DNA from: Macrostomum lignano
Lineage: Eukaryota
Direction: 5' to 3'
Assembly: GCA_002269645.1 (NCBI GenBank)
Contig: NIVC01000990.1
Coordinates: forward strand, 186,001 to 250,000
Length of the DNA: 64,000 nt
Positions 49,101-60,087 of this stretch are shown here, in pieces. The stretch's first letter is position 1; each line of letters begins with the position of its first letter. A program made the position numbers and the translations under genes. Below the pieces are notes generated by a model. It was not told where the DNA came from. It searched no databases and saw nothing but the letters and a program-made list of their open reading frames with translations.

Positions 49101-52100
49101 AGAATCGCCCCCAACCAGGAGAATCGCCCCCAACCCAGGAGAATCGCCCCCAACCCAGGAGAATCGCCCCAACCCAGGAGAATCGCCCCCAACCAGGAGA
49201 ATCGCCCCCATCCAGGAGAATCGCCCCCATCCAGGAGAATCGCCCCCATCCAGGAGAATCGCCCCCAACCCAGGAGAATCGCCCCCAACCCAGGAGAATC
49301 GCCCCCAACCAGGAGAATCGCCCCCAACCCAGAGAATCGCCCCCATCCAGGAGAATCGCCCCAACCCAGGAGAATCGCCCCCAACCCAGGAGAATCGCCC
49401 CCAACCCAGGAGAATCGCCCCCAACCCAGGAGAATCGCCCCCATCCAGGAGAATCGCCTTTAACCCAGGAGAATCGCCCCCAACCCAGGAGAATCGCCCC
49501 CAACCCAGAAGAATCACCCCTAACCAGGAGAATCGATGGGAGATAGGAGAATCGCAACCAGGAGAATCGCCCCCAACCCAGGAGAATCGCCCCCGACCCA
49601 GGAGAATCGCCCCCATCCAGGAGAATCGCCTTTAACCCAGGAGAATCGCCCCCAACCCAGGAGAATCGCCCCCAACCAGGAGAATCGCCCCAAACCAGGA
49701 GAATCGCCCCCAACCCAGGAGAATCGCCCCCAACCCAGGAGAATCGTCCCCAACCCAGGAGAATCGCCCCCATCCAGGAGAATCGCCCCCATCCAGGAGA
49801 ATCGCCCCATCCAGGAGAATCGCCCCCATCCAGGAGAATCGCCCCCAACCCAGGAGAATCGCCCCCCAACCAGGAGAATCGCCCCCAACCATGAGAATCG
49901 CCTTTAACCCAGGACAATCGCTCCCAACCCAGGAGAATCGCCTTTAACCCAGGAGAATCGCCTTTAACCCAAGAGAATCGCCCCAACCCATGAGAATCGC
50001 CTTTAACCCATGAGAATCGCCTTTAACCCAGGAGAATCGCCCCCAACCCATGAGAATCGCCTTTAACCCAGGAGAATCGCCCCAACCCAGGAGAATCACC
50101 CCAACCCATGAGAATCGCTCCCAACCCAGGAGAATCGCCCCCAACCCAGGAGAATCGCCCCCATTCAGGAGAATCGCCCCATCCAGGAGAATCGCCCCCA
50201 TCCAGGAGAATCGCCCCCATCCAGGAGAATCGCCCCCATCCAGGAGAATCGCCCCCAACCCAGGAGAATCGCCCCCAACCCAGGAGAATCGCCCCCATCC
50301 AGGAGAATCGCCCCCATCCAGGAGAATCGCCCCCATCCAGGAGAATCGCCCCCATCCAGGAGAATCGCCCCCAACCCAGGAGAATCGCCCCCAACCCAGG
50401 AGAATCGCCCCCAACCCATGAGAATCGCCCCCAACCCAGGAGAATCGCCTTTAACCCAGGAGAATCGCCCCCAACCCAGGAGAATCGCCCCCAACCCAGG
50501 AGAATCGCCTTTAACCCAGGAGAATCGCCCCCAACCCAGGAGAATCGCCCCCAACCCAGGAGAATCGCCCCCAACCCAGAGAATCGCCTAACCCAGGAGA
50601 ATCGCCCCCAACCAGGAGAATCGCCCCCAACCCAGGAGAATCGCCCCCAACCCAGGAGAATCGCCCCCATCCAGGAGAATCGCCTTTAACCCAGGAGAAT
50701 CGCCCCCAAGAATCCCAGGAGAATCGCCCCCATCCAGGAGAATCGCCTTTAACCCAGGAGAATCGCCCCCAACCCAGGAGAATCGCCCCAACCCAGAGAA
50801 TCGCCCCCATCCAGGAGAATCGCCTTTAACCCAGGAGAATCGCCTTTAACCCAGGAGAATCGCCCCCAACCCAGGAGAATCGCCCCCAACCCAGGAGAAT
50901 CGCCCCCATCCAGGAGAATCGCCCCCATCCAGGAGAATCGCCCCCATCCAGGAGAATCGCCCCCATCCAGGAGAATCGCCCCCAACCCAGGAGAATCGCC
51001 CCCCAACCCAGGAGAATCGCCCCCAACCATGAGAATCGCCCCCAAACCAGGAGAATCGCCCCCAACCCAGGAGAATCGCCCCCAACCCAGGAGAATCGCT
51101 CCCAACCCAGGAGAATCGCCCCCAACCCAGGAGAATCGCCCCCAACCCAGGAGAATCGCCCCCAAACCAGGAGAATCGCCCCCAACCCAGGAGAATCGCC
51201 CCCAACCCAGGAGAATCGTCCCCAACCCAGGAGAATCGCCCCCATCCAGGAGAATCGCCCCCATCCAGGAGAATCGCCCCCATCCAGGAGAATCGCCCCC
51301 ATCCAGGAGAATCGCCCCCAACCCAGGAGAATCGCCCCCAACCCAGGAGAATCGCCCCCCAACCCATGAGAATCGCCCCCAACCCAGGAGAATCGCCTTT
51401 AACCCAGGAGAATCGCCCCCAACCCAGGAGAATCGCCCCCAACCCAGGAGAATCGCCCCCATCCAGGAGAATCGCCTTTAACCCAGGAGAATCGCCCCCA
51501 ACCCAGGAGAATCGCCCCCAACCCAGAAGAATCACCCCTAACCCAGGAGAATCGCCCCCATCCAGGAGAATCGCCTTTAACCCAGGAGAATCGCCCCCCA
51601 ACCCAGGAGAATCGCCCCCATCCAGGAGAATCGCCTTTAACCCAGGAGAATCGCCCCCAACCCAGGAGAATCGCCCCCAACCCAGGAGAATCGCCCCCAT
51701 CCAGGAGAATCGCCTTTAACCCAGGAGAATCGCCCCCAACCCAGGAGAATCGCCCCCAACCCAGAAGAATCACCCCTAACCCAGGAGAATCGCCCCCATC
51801 CAGGAGAATCGCCTTTAACCCAGGAGAATCGCCCCCCAACCCAGGAGAATCGCCCCCAACCCAGGAGAATCGCCCCCATCCAGGAGAATCGCCCCCATCC
51901 AGGAGAATCGCCCCCATCCAGGAGAATCGCCCCCATCCAGGAGAATCGCCCCCAACCCAGGAGAATCGCCCCCCAACCCAGGAGAATCGCCCCCCAACCC
52001 ATGAGAATCGCCCCCAAACCAGGAGAATCGCCCCCAACCCAGGAGAATCGCCCCCAACCCAGGAGAATCGCTCCCAACCCAGGAGAATCGCCCCCAACCC

Positions 52101-54497
52101 AGGAGAATCGCCCCCAACCCAGGAGAATCGCCCCCAAACCAGGAGAATCGCCCCCAACCCAGGAGAATCGCCCCCAACCCAGGAGAATCGTCCCCAACCC
52201 AGGAGAATCGCCCCCATCCAGGAGAATCGCCCCCATCCAGGAGAATCGCCCCCATCCAGGAGAATCGCCCCCATCCAGGAGAATCGCCCCCAACCCAGGA
52301 GAATCGCCCCCCAACCCAGGAGAATCGCCCCCCAACCCATGAGAATCGCCCCCAACCCAGGAGAATCGCCCCCATCCAGGAGAATCGCCTTTAACCCAGG
52401 AGAATCGCCCCCAACCCAGGAGAATCGCCCCCAACCCAGGAGAATCGCCCCCATCCAGGAGAATCGCCTTTAACCCAGGAGAATCGCCCCCAACCCAGGA
52501 GAATCGCCCCCAACCCAGAAGAATCACCCCTAACCCAGGAGAATCGATGGGAGATAGATTACCATCCAGGAGAATCGCCTTTAACCCAGGAGAATCGCCC
52601 CCCGACCCAGGAGAATCGCCCCCATCCAGGAGAATCGCCTTTAACCCAGGAGAATCGCCCCCAACCCAGGAGAATCGCCCCCAACCCAGGAGAATCGCCC
52701 CCATCCAGGAGAATCGCCTTTAACCCAGGAGAATCGCCCCCAACCCAGGAGAATCGCCCCCAACCCAGAAGAATCACCCCTAACCCAGGAGAATCGCCCC
52801 CATCCAGGAGAATCGCCTTTAACCCAGGAGAATCGCCCCCCAACCCAGGAGAATCGCCCCCAACCCAGGAGAATCGCCCCCATCCAGGAGAATCGCCCCC
52901 ATCCAGGAGAATCGCCCCCATCCAGGAGAATCGCCCCCATCCAGGAGAATCGCCCCCAACCCAGGAGAATCGCCCCCAACCCAGGAGAATCGCCCCCAAC
53001 CCATGAGAATCGCCCCCAAACCAGGAGAATCGCCCCCAACCCAGGAGAATCGCCCCCAACCCAGGAGAATCGCTCCCAACCCAGGAGAATCGCCCCCAAC
53101 CCAGGAGAATCGCCCCCAACCCAGGAGAATCGCCCCCAACCCAGGAGAATCGCCCCCAACCCAGGAGAATCGCCCCCAACCCAGGAGAATCGTCCCCAAC
53201 CCAGGAGAATCGCCCCCAACCCAGGAGAATCACCCCCAACCCATGAGAATCGCCCCCAACCCAGGAGAATCGCCTTTAACCCAGGAGAATCGCCCCCAAC
53301 CCAGGAGAATCGCCCCCATCCAGGAGAATCGCCCCCATCCAGGAGAATCGCCCCCATCCAGGAAAATCGCCTTTAACCCAGGAGAATCGCCCCCAACCCA
53401 GGAGAATCGCCCCCAACCCATGAGAATCGCCTTTAACCCAGGAGAATCGCCCCCAACCCAGGAGAATCACCCCCAACCCATGAGAATCGCCCCCAACCCA
53501 GGAGAATCGCCCCCAACCCAGGAGAATCGCCCCCATTCAGGAGAATCGCCCCCATCCAGGAGAATCGCCCCCATCCAGGAGAATCGCCCCCATCCAGGAG
53601 AATCGCCCCCAACCCAGGAGAATCGCCCCCAACCCAGGAGAATCGCCCCCAACCCATGAGAATCGCCCCCAACCCAGGAGAATCGCCCCCATCCAGGAGA
53701 ATCGCCTTTAACCCAGGAGAATCGCCCCCAACCCAGGAGAATCGCCCCCATCCAGGAGAATCGCCCCCATCCAGGAGAATCGCCCCCATCCAGGAAAATC
53801 GCCTTTAACCCAGGAGAATCGCCCCCATCCAGGAGAATCGCCCCCATTCAGGAGAATCGCCTTTAACCCAGAAGAATCGCCCCCATCCAGGAGAATCGCC
53901 TTTAACCCAGGAGAATCGCTCCCAACCCAGGAGAATCGCCTTTAACCCAGGAGAATCGCCTTTAACCCAGGAGAATCGCCCCCAACCCAGGAGAATCGCC
54001 TTTAACCCAGGAGAATCGCCTTTAACCCAGGAGAATCGCCCCCATCCAGGAGAATCGCCCCCATCCAGGAGAATCGCCCCCATCCAGGAGAATCGCCCCC
54101 ATCCAGGAGAATCGCCCCCCAACCCAGGAGAATCGCCCCCAACCCATGAGAATCGCCCCCAACCCAGGAGAATCGCCCCCATCCAGGAGAATCGCCCCCA
54201 ACCCAGGAGAATCGCCCCCATCCAGGAGAATCGCCCCCATCCAGGAGAATCGCCTTTAACCCAGGAGAATCGCCCCCATCCAGGAGAATCGCCTTTAACC
54301 CAGGAGAATCGCCCCCATCCAGGAGAATCGCCCCCATCCAGGAGAATCGCCCCCATCCAGGAAAATCGCCCCAACCCAGGAGAATCGCCCCCAACCCAGG
54401 AGAATCGCCCCCAACCCAGGAGAATCGCCCCCAACCCAGGAGAATCGCCCCTAACCCCAAGTCGGGAAAATCGTCCCCGAAAATCGCCCCTAACCCA
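40135..54497. repeat. 14.4-kb satellite of 19-20-bp units (AACCCAGGAGAATCGCCCCC and variants) with ~2.15-kb higher-order repeat
   Basis: About 730 units (length divided by unit size); rare variant units recur at about 2.15-kb spacing. Confidence 0.98.
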
Positions 54498-54552
54498 GAA
54501 TTAATAATCTCTACAGCCCGTAAAATGGCGCCCACCCCATCGCAGCCCGAGC

Positions 54553-56287
54553 ATGACCTCAACCGACTTAGCCAACAAGCCGGTCCAATTAAACGGCACT
54601 TCAAAAGACGCCGCTGATAAAACATCAAAGGATGCCGCCGCTGTCCCAGAAAATAAAGCTAATAATTGCGATGAGGCGCAGCAGCAGGAGGCTGAGTTCT
54701 ACACTGATGCGGAGCGCTACTGGGCCACCGTGGAGGCCACCGAGGCTGGCATGATGGGCGGCAACGACAGCCTCGATGAGATCGAAATCTCTTCATCACG
54801 GATGTTCCTGACCAGAGCTGCCGAGCTGGCCGGGCTGAGGCAGCTCAACCGGGCTCTGGATTGCGGCTCTGGCATCGGCCGGGTGACTAAGAAGCTCCTG
54901 CTGCCGATGTTTGCCACGGTTGACATGGCCGAGGTGACGAGCCACTTCCTGGCCAAGTCCAGGGAGTACATTGGGGAGCCAGATGCCTCCCGGGTGGGGC
55001 GACAGTTCTACTGCGGCCTGCAGGTGAGCGGGATAACCGGGTTTTGATGGGGAAGATTTGGGATTTTTGATGATTTGGGATTTTTGATGATTTGAGATTT
55101 TTGATGGCGAATATTTGGGATTTTTGATGGCGAAGATTTGGGTTTTTTGATGGCGAAGATTTGGGATTTTTGATGGCGAAGATTTGGGATTTTTGATGGC
55201 GAAGATTTGGGTTTTTTGATGGCGAAGATTTGGGATTTTTGATGGCGAAGATTTGGGATTTTTGATGGCGAAGATTTGGGATTTTTGATGATTTGGGATT
55301 TTTTATGATTTGGGATTTTTGATGATTTGGGTTTTTTGATGGCGAAGATTTGGGATTTTTTATGGCGAAGATTTGGGATTTTTTATTAGGAAGATTTTGG
55401 ATTTTTGATGGCGAAGATTTGGGATTTTTGATGGGAAGATTTGATTTGTTTATGTCGAGGATTTGGGATTTTTATGAGATTTTTTAGATTTTTTTGATAG
55501 TGGAGATTAAGGATTTTTCCATAAGGAAAATTTGGGATTATTTGCTGGGGGAGATTTGGGATTTTTTATGGAAATATTTGGGATTTTTATATCCTGGCAA
55601 ATTAGAAATGTTTCGATGAAGATGATTTGAGATTTTTGATTGCGAGATTATAAAATTTTTGTTGAGAAGATTTTGGGTTTATGTACGAGTGAGTAAAAGA
55701 TTGAACTCGTCGATGGGAAGTAAGATCGTGGGATATTTGGTGGAATTTCTAAAGAGCGGCTATAAGAAACTTTGATGATGGTTGAAGGTAGGTTTGAATA
55801 GACATATATCAACCAGTCACTTGATAATTTCGAAGATTTCCTAATTTATAAACGCAAAATTATTTTATTGCTACTCTTAGTAGAATAAATTGAAAATGCA
55901 TGGAACGAAATAAATTAAACTCTATTAATTAATTATCCGCAGGACCTGACATTCCCAGCCGAGACCCGCTACGACCTGGTCTGGGTCCAGTGGGTCATCG
56001 GCCATCTGCGCGACGCTCATCTGGTGGACTTTCTGCGCCGAGCCGCCGCCTCGCTCAGCCCCTGCGGCATGATCGGCGTCAAGGACAATGTCATCACCGC
56101 CCGGGACGACTCCGAGTACGACTTTGACGAGCAGGACAGCAGCGTCTGCCGGCCGCGGCGCTCCCTGCTGAACCTGTTCAACCAGGCCGGCCTGATCGTC
56201 CTGCTGGAGGAGACTCAGGAGGGCTTCCCGGATGCCCTGTACCCGGTGCTGTCCTTCGCTCTGGTGCCCAAGGGCCGCTGCGTTTGA
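54553..56287 (+). CDS. NTMT1: N-terminal Xaa-Pro-Lys N-methyltransferase (NTMT1/Tae1 family); join(54553..55023,55943..56287), 271 aa
   Basis: FYTDAERYW, GMMGG, SAM-binding ALDCGSGIGRVTKKLLLP, YDLVWVQWVIGHL, VKDNV, DEQDSSVCR, YPVLSFAL; phase-0 GT-AG intron. Confidence 0.93.
55045..55480. repeat. ~24-bp minisatellite GATTTGGGATTTTTGATGGCGAA in the NTMT1 intron
   Basis: Tandem array decaying toward the 3' side. Confidence 0.88.
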
Positions 56288-56289
56288 CA

Positions 56290-56600
56290 CTGTTTGAGTG
56301 TCAGACTGTTTGAGTGTCAGACTGTATGAGTGTCAGACTGTTTGAGTGTCAGACTGTATGAGTGTCAGACTGTTTGAGTGGCAGACTGTTTGAGTGTCAG
56401 ACTGTTTGAGTGTCAGACTGTTTGAGTGTCAGACTGAGTCTCAGACGACTGTTTGAGTGTCAGACTGAGTGTCAGACTGTTTTAAGTGTCATACTGTTTT
56501 TAAGTGTCAGACTGCTTTTAAATGTCAGACTGTTTTCAGGTGTCAGACTGAGCGTCAGACTGAGTGTCAGACTGTTTTTAAGCGTCAGACTGCCTCAGTG
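56290..56600. repeat. 16-bp minisatellite GTTTGAGTGTCAGACT right after the NTMT1 stop
   Basis: Tandem array. Confidence 0.88.
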
Positions 56601-56969
56601 TCTGTCTGTCTGTCTGTCTTTATCTATCCCTGTTTATCTGTTCTATATTTGTTCTCCTAAATATACTCGTATAAATGCACTGCGTGTTACAAGCTCATCT
56701 TGTTCCTTGATTGCTTACCTTAATGTAAGTTTTTATGTAATGCATTTCGTTCTGTTTGCGCTGTCGTTTTAGCGCTGAAGGCAGTGACTTTGTTTACGCA
56801 ACTTCCTCTCTTAGTTTTTGTTTGTTACTTCTTTCTGATCTCTATAACGTATTTATCAGAGGAGCCCATAAATTATTAAAGAATTCCCTATTATAACTTG
56901 CCGCAAGCCTTCATGCAGTAACAACCTCTTTAAGGATCGCCACCCACCAATCACAAACCTTTCCAAAAC

Positions 56970-57392
56970 TACAAACCAATCAGAAACCATCCTATAAACC
57001 GCCAACCAATCAGAAACCATCCTATAAACCGCCAGCCAATCAGAAACCATCCTATAAACCGCCAACCAATCAGAAACCATCCTATAAACCGCCAACCAAT
57101 CAGAAACCATTCTATAAACCGCCAACCAATCAGAAACCATTCTATAAACCGCCAACCAATCAGAAACCATCTTAAAAATCGCCAACCAATCAGAAACCGT
57201 CCTATGAACCGCCAACCAATTAGAAACTGTTAAATGAACCGTCAACAAATCCGAAATCGTTCTATGAACTGCCAACCAATCAGAAACCATCCTATAAACC
57301 GCCAGCAAATCAGAAACCGTCAACCAATCAAAAACCGTCCTGAGAAGCGCCAAACAATCAGAAACCTCCCTTTAGACCGCCAACCAATCAAA
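56970..57392. repeat. 30-bp minisatellite AAACCGCCAACCAATCAGAAACCATCCTAT upstream of the PCS-like gene
   Basis: Tandem array; each unit contains CCAATCAG. Confidence 0.88.
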
Positions 57393-57454
57393 AACAATCT
57401 ACCTGGTAAAATTTGTCATCCAATCGGCAGCCACTTGAGAAAATCTCTCATTTC

Positions 57455-58388
57455 ATGTCATCCGACCGCTTGCTGGTGACCTTTCTGGACAGCGACGAAG
57501 GCCGACGCCGCCTCTTGGAAGCGTCGCCAATTCGTCCTGCCACGGTTGAAGGATTCTGCAAGAAGCTGCGCTGCGCCAGCTGCGGCATGGCCTCGATTTC
57601 GCTGGTGATGCGGGCGCAGACTGGGGATCAGGTGACCTATGCTGAAGACTTCATCTACGACAGGTTTGTTTGTACGAAAAATGCAGATAACCGGACGTAA
57701 TCAAACTGCAGATAACCGGAAGTAATAAAAATGTAGATAACCGGAAGTAATCAAAAATGCAGATAACCAGAAGTAATCAAACTAGATTACCGGAAGTAAT
57801 CAAACTGTAGATTACCGGAAGTAATCAAACTGCAGATAACTGGAAGTAATAAAAATGTAGATAACCGGAAGTAATAAAAAAAGTAGATAACCGGAAGTAA
57901 TAAAAATGTAGATAACTGGAAGTAATAAAAATGTAGATAACTGGAAGTAATAAAAAAGTAGATAACCGGAAGTTAATCAAATCTCAATTCCCAGACTCTC
58001 CGACATCAAACCACTGGCTGATTTGGATCAGCGCGGCATGACAGCCGACGATGTGGCCGCCTGCCTGCTGCGTCTCGGCGCCGCCTCCTCGGTGCGGCGT
58101 CCTGGCAGCGCCGACGAGCTCCGCGATCTGGCTCTGACTCGCCTGGCTCAAGAGTCATCGTCTATCATTGCCAATTTCCATCTGAAAAGCTTGGGCTTTC
58201 CCTCCGAATGGGGTCACCTGTCCCCTGTGGCAGCCTACCATCGCGACTCAGACAGTCTGCTCATAATGGACAATGACCCCAAGCCTAACGACCCCTTCTG
58301 GGTCACCGTGCAGGACCTCTACGAATCGATGCGGCCAGCGGACCCGGAATCTGGACTGCCCAGAGGACTCATTTTGGCGGAGTTTTAA
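57455..58388 (+). CDS. Phytochelatin-synthase-like papain-fold enzyme, catalytic domain only; join(57455..57663,57995..58388), 200 aa
   Basis: LDSDEGRRRLLEA; SCGMAS (Cys codon 57581); GHLSPVAAY (His codon 58215); LIMD (Asp codon 58269, His+18 as in PCS); WV..DLYESM...D.ESGLPRGL; phase-2 GT-AG intron. Confidence 0.85.
57680..57975. repeat. ~25-bp minisatellite GATAACCGGAAGTAATAAAAATGTA filling the PCS-like intron
   Basis: Tandem array. Confidence 0.88.
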
Positions 58389-58739
58389 CTAAAGTCTACC
58401 GATATGTTGTGTAGTTAATTTTATGAACGTTTAATGACCATTGTGCCTGTCTACATATTTCAATAGGAAGCCTTTTACTTGTCTTAAATATAATGAAATC
58501 GAACTTATACTGTGGAAGATTGAATAAAACGCACATTTTCTACTCTAAGTAGCTTCATGAATTTTTATATTAAGCGACTGTCGACAGTACCGAAAAAACA
58601 AACACGACCATCTACTGGCTTTTGCTTGATTGACAGCTCAGATTCCGAAATTTCTTTATTATCGGCACAGATGAAAGCCAGAAGTCCTGACTGTACATGC
58701 GCCATGTGCTCATGGCGAGATTTGAAACTGGTGATCTAA

Positions 58740-59880
58740 TATATGGGTGAGATTCGGAACCAATTATCTCATGTGTGAGATTTGGAAAACCCCAAATGTG
58801 AGATTCGAAACCAATAATCTCATGGGTGAGATTCGGAACTAATATTGTTGTTCCGGTTGCGAATCTGCGAATACGGTTGCGAATCTCACTCATCTCATCT
58901 CATGGGTGACTTTTGGAACCAATTATCTCGTCTCACGGGTGAGATTCGGAACCAATTATCTCATCTGATGGGTGAGATTCGGAACCAATTATCTCTCATG
59001 GGTGAGATTCGGAACCAATTATCTCATCTGATGGGTGAGATTCGGAACCAATTATCTCTGATGGGTGAGATTCGGAACCAATTATCTCATCTCATGGGTG
59101 ACTTTCGGAACCAATTATCTCATCTCATGGGTGACTTTCGGAACCAATTATCTCGTCTCACGGGTGAGATTCGGAACCAATTATCTCATCTGATGGGTGA
59201 GATTCGGAACCAATTATCTCTCATGGGTGAGATTCGGAACCAATTATCTCATCTGATGGGTGAGATTCGGAACCAATTATCTCTCATGGGTGAGATTCGG
59301 AACCAATTATCTCATCTGATGGGTGAGATTCGGAACCAATTATCTCTGATGGGTGAGATTCGGAACCAATTATCTCATCTCATGGGTGAGATTCGGAACC
59401 AATTATCTCATCTCATGGGTGACTTTCGGAACCAATTATCTCGTCTCACGGGTGAGATTCGGAACCAATTATCTCATCTGATGGGTGAGATTCGGAACCA
59501 ATTATCTCTCATGGGTGAGATTCGGAACCAATTATCTCATCTGATGGGTGAGATTCGGAACCAATTATCTCTGATGGGTGAGATTCGGAACCAATTATCT
59601 CATCTCATGGGTGACTTTCGGAACCAATTATCTCGTCTCACGGGTGAGATTCGGAACCAATTATCTCTGATGGGTGAGATTCGGAACCAATTATCTCATC
59701 TCATAGGTGAGATTCGGAACCAATTATCTCTGATGGGTGAGATTCTGAACCAATTATCTCATCTCACAGGTGAGATTCGGAACCAATTATCTCACCTCAT
59801 ACATGTAGGTGACATTCGGAACTAATTATATTAAATTATCTCATCTCGTAGGTGACATTCTGAAATAATTATCTCATCTC
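58740..59880. repeat. 28-33-bp minisatellite GGGTGAGATTCGGAACCAATTATCTC(ATCT)
   Basis: Tandem array between the PCS-like and stomatin genes. Confidence 0.94.
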
Positions 59881-60087
59881 TTGGAATTTCGTCTGTGGCA
59901 GTAGTACAGTTGGATTGCGAACAGCTATAAATTGGATTTCAAAGTCCGTTCATCCTCTTGCTATTGGTGCCAACACCCGATTGGCTGATCGAACCCCGTT
60001 CCGGTGCGGAAACTTCAGACAAACTTCCCATCTCCGAGCTTCTTCAATAAGTCGGCAGGTCCCCAGCTATTCCGTTAAAATTCCGAA

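Noticed and set aside
45900-51000. Apparent higher divergence of the satellite centre
   Set aside because: Differences are mostly single-base losses in homopolymers, typical of unpolished long-read consensus; cannot be called biological without reads.
40188-54628. Dozens of overlapping ORFs (GDSPG / QENRP repeats)
   Set aside because: Translations of the satellite in multiple frames on both strands; no splice signals or unique domains.
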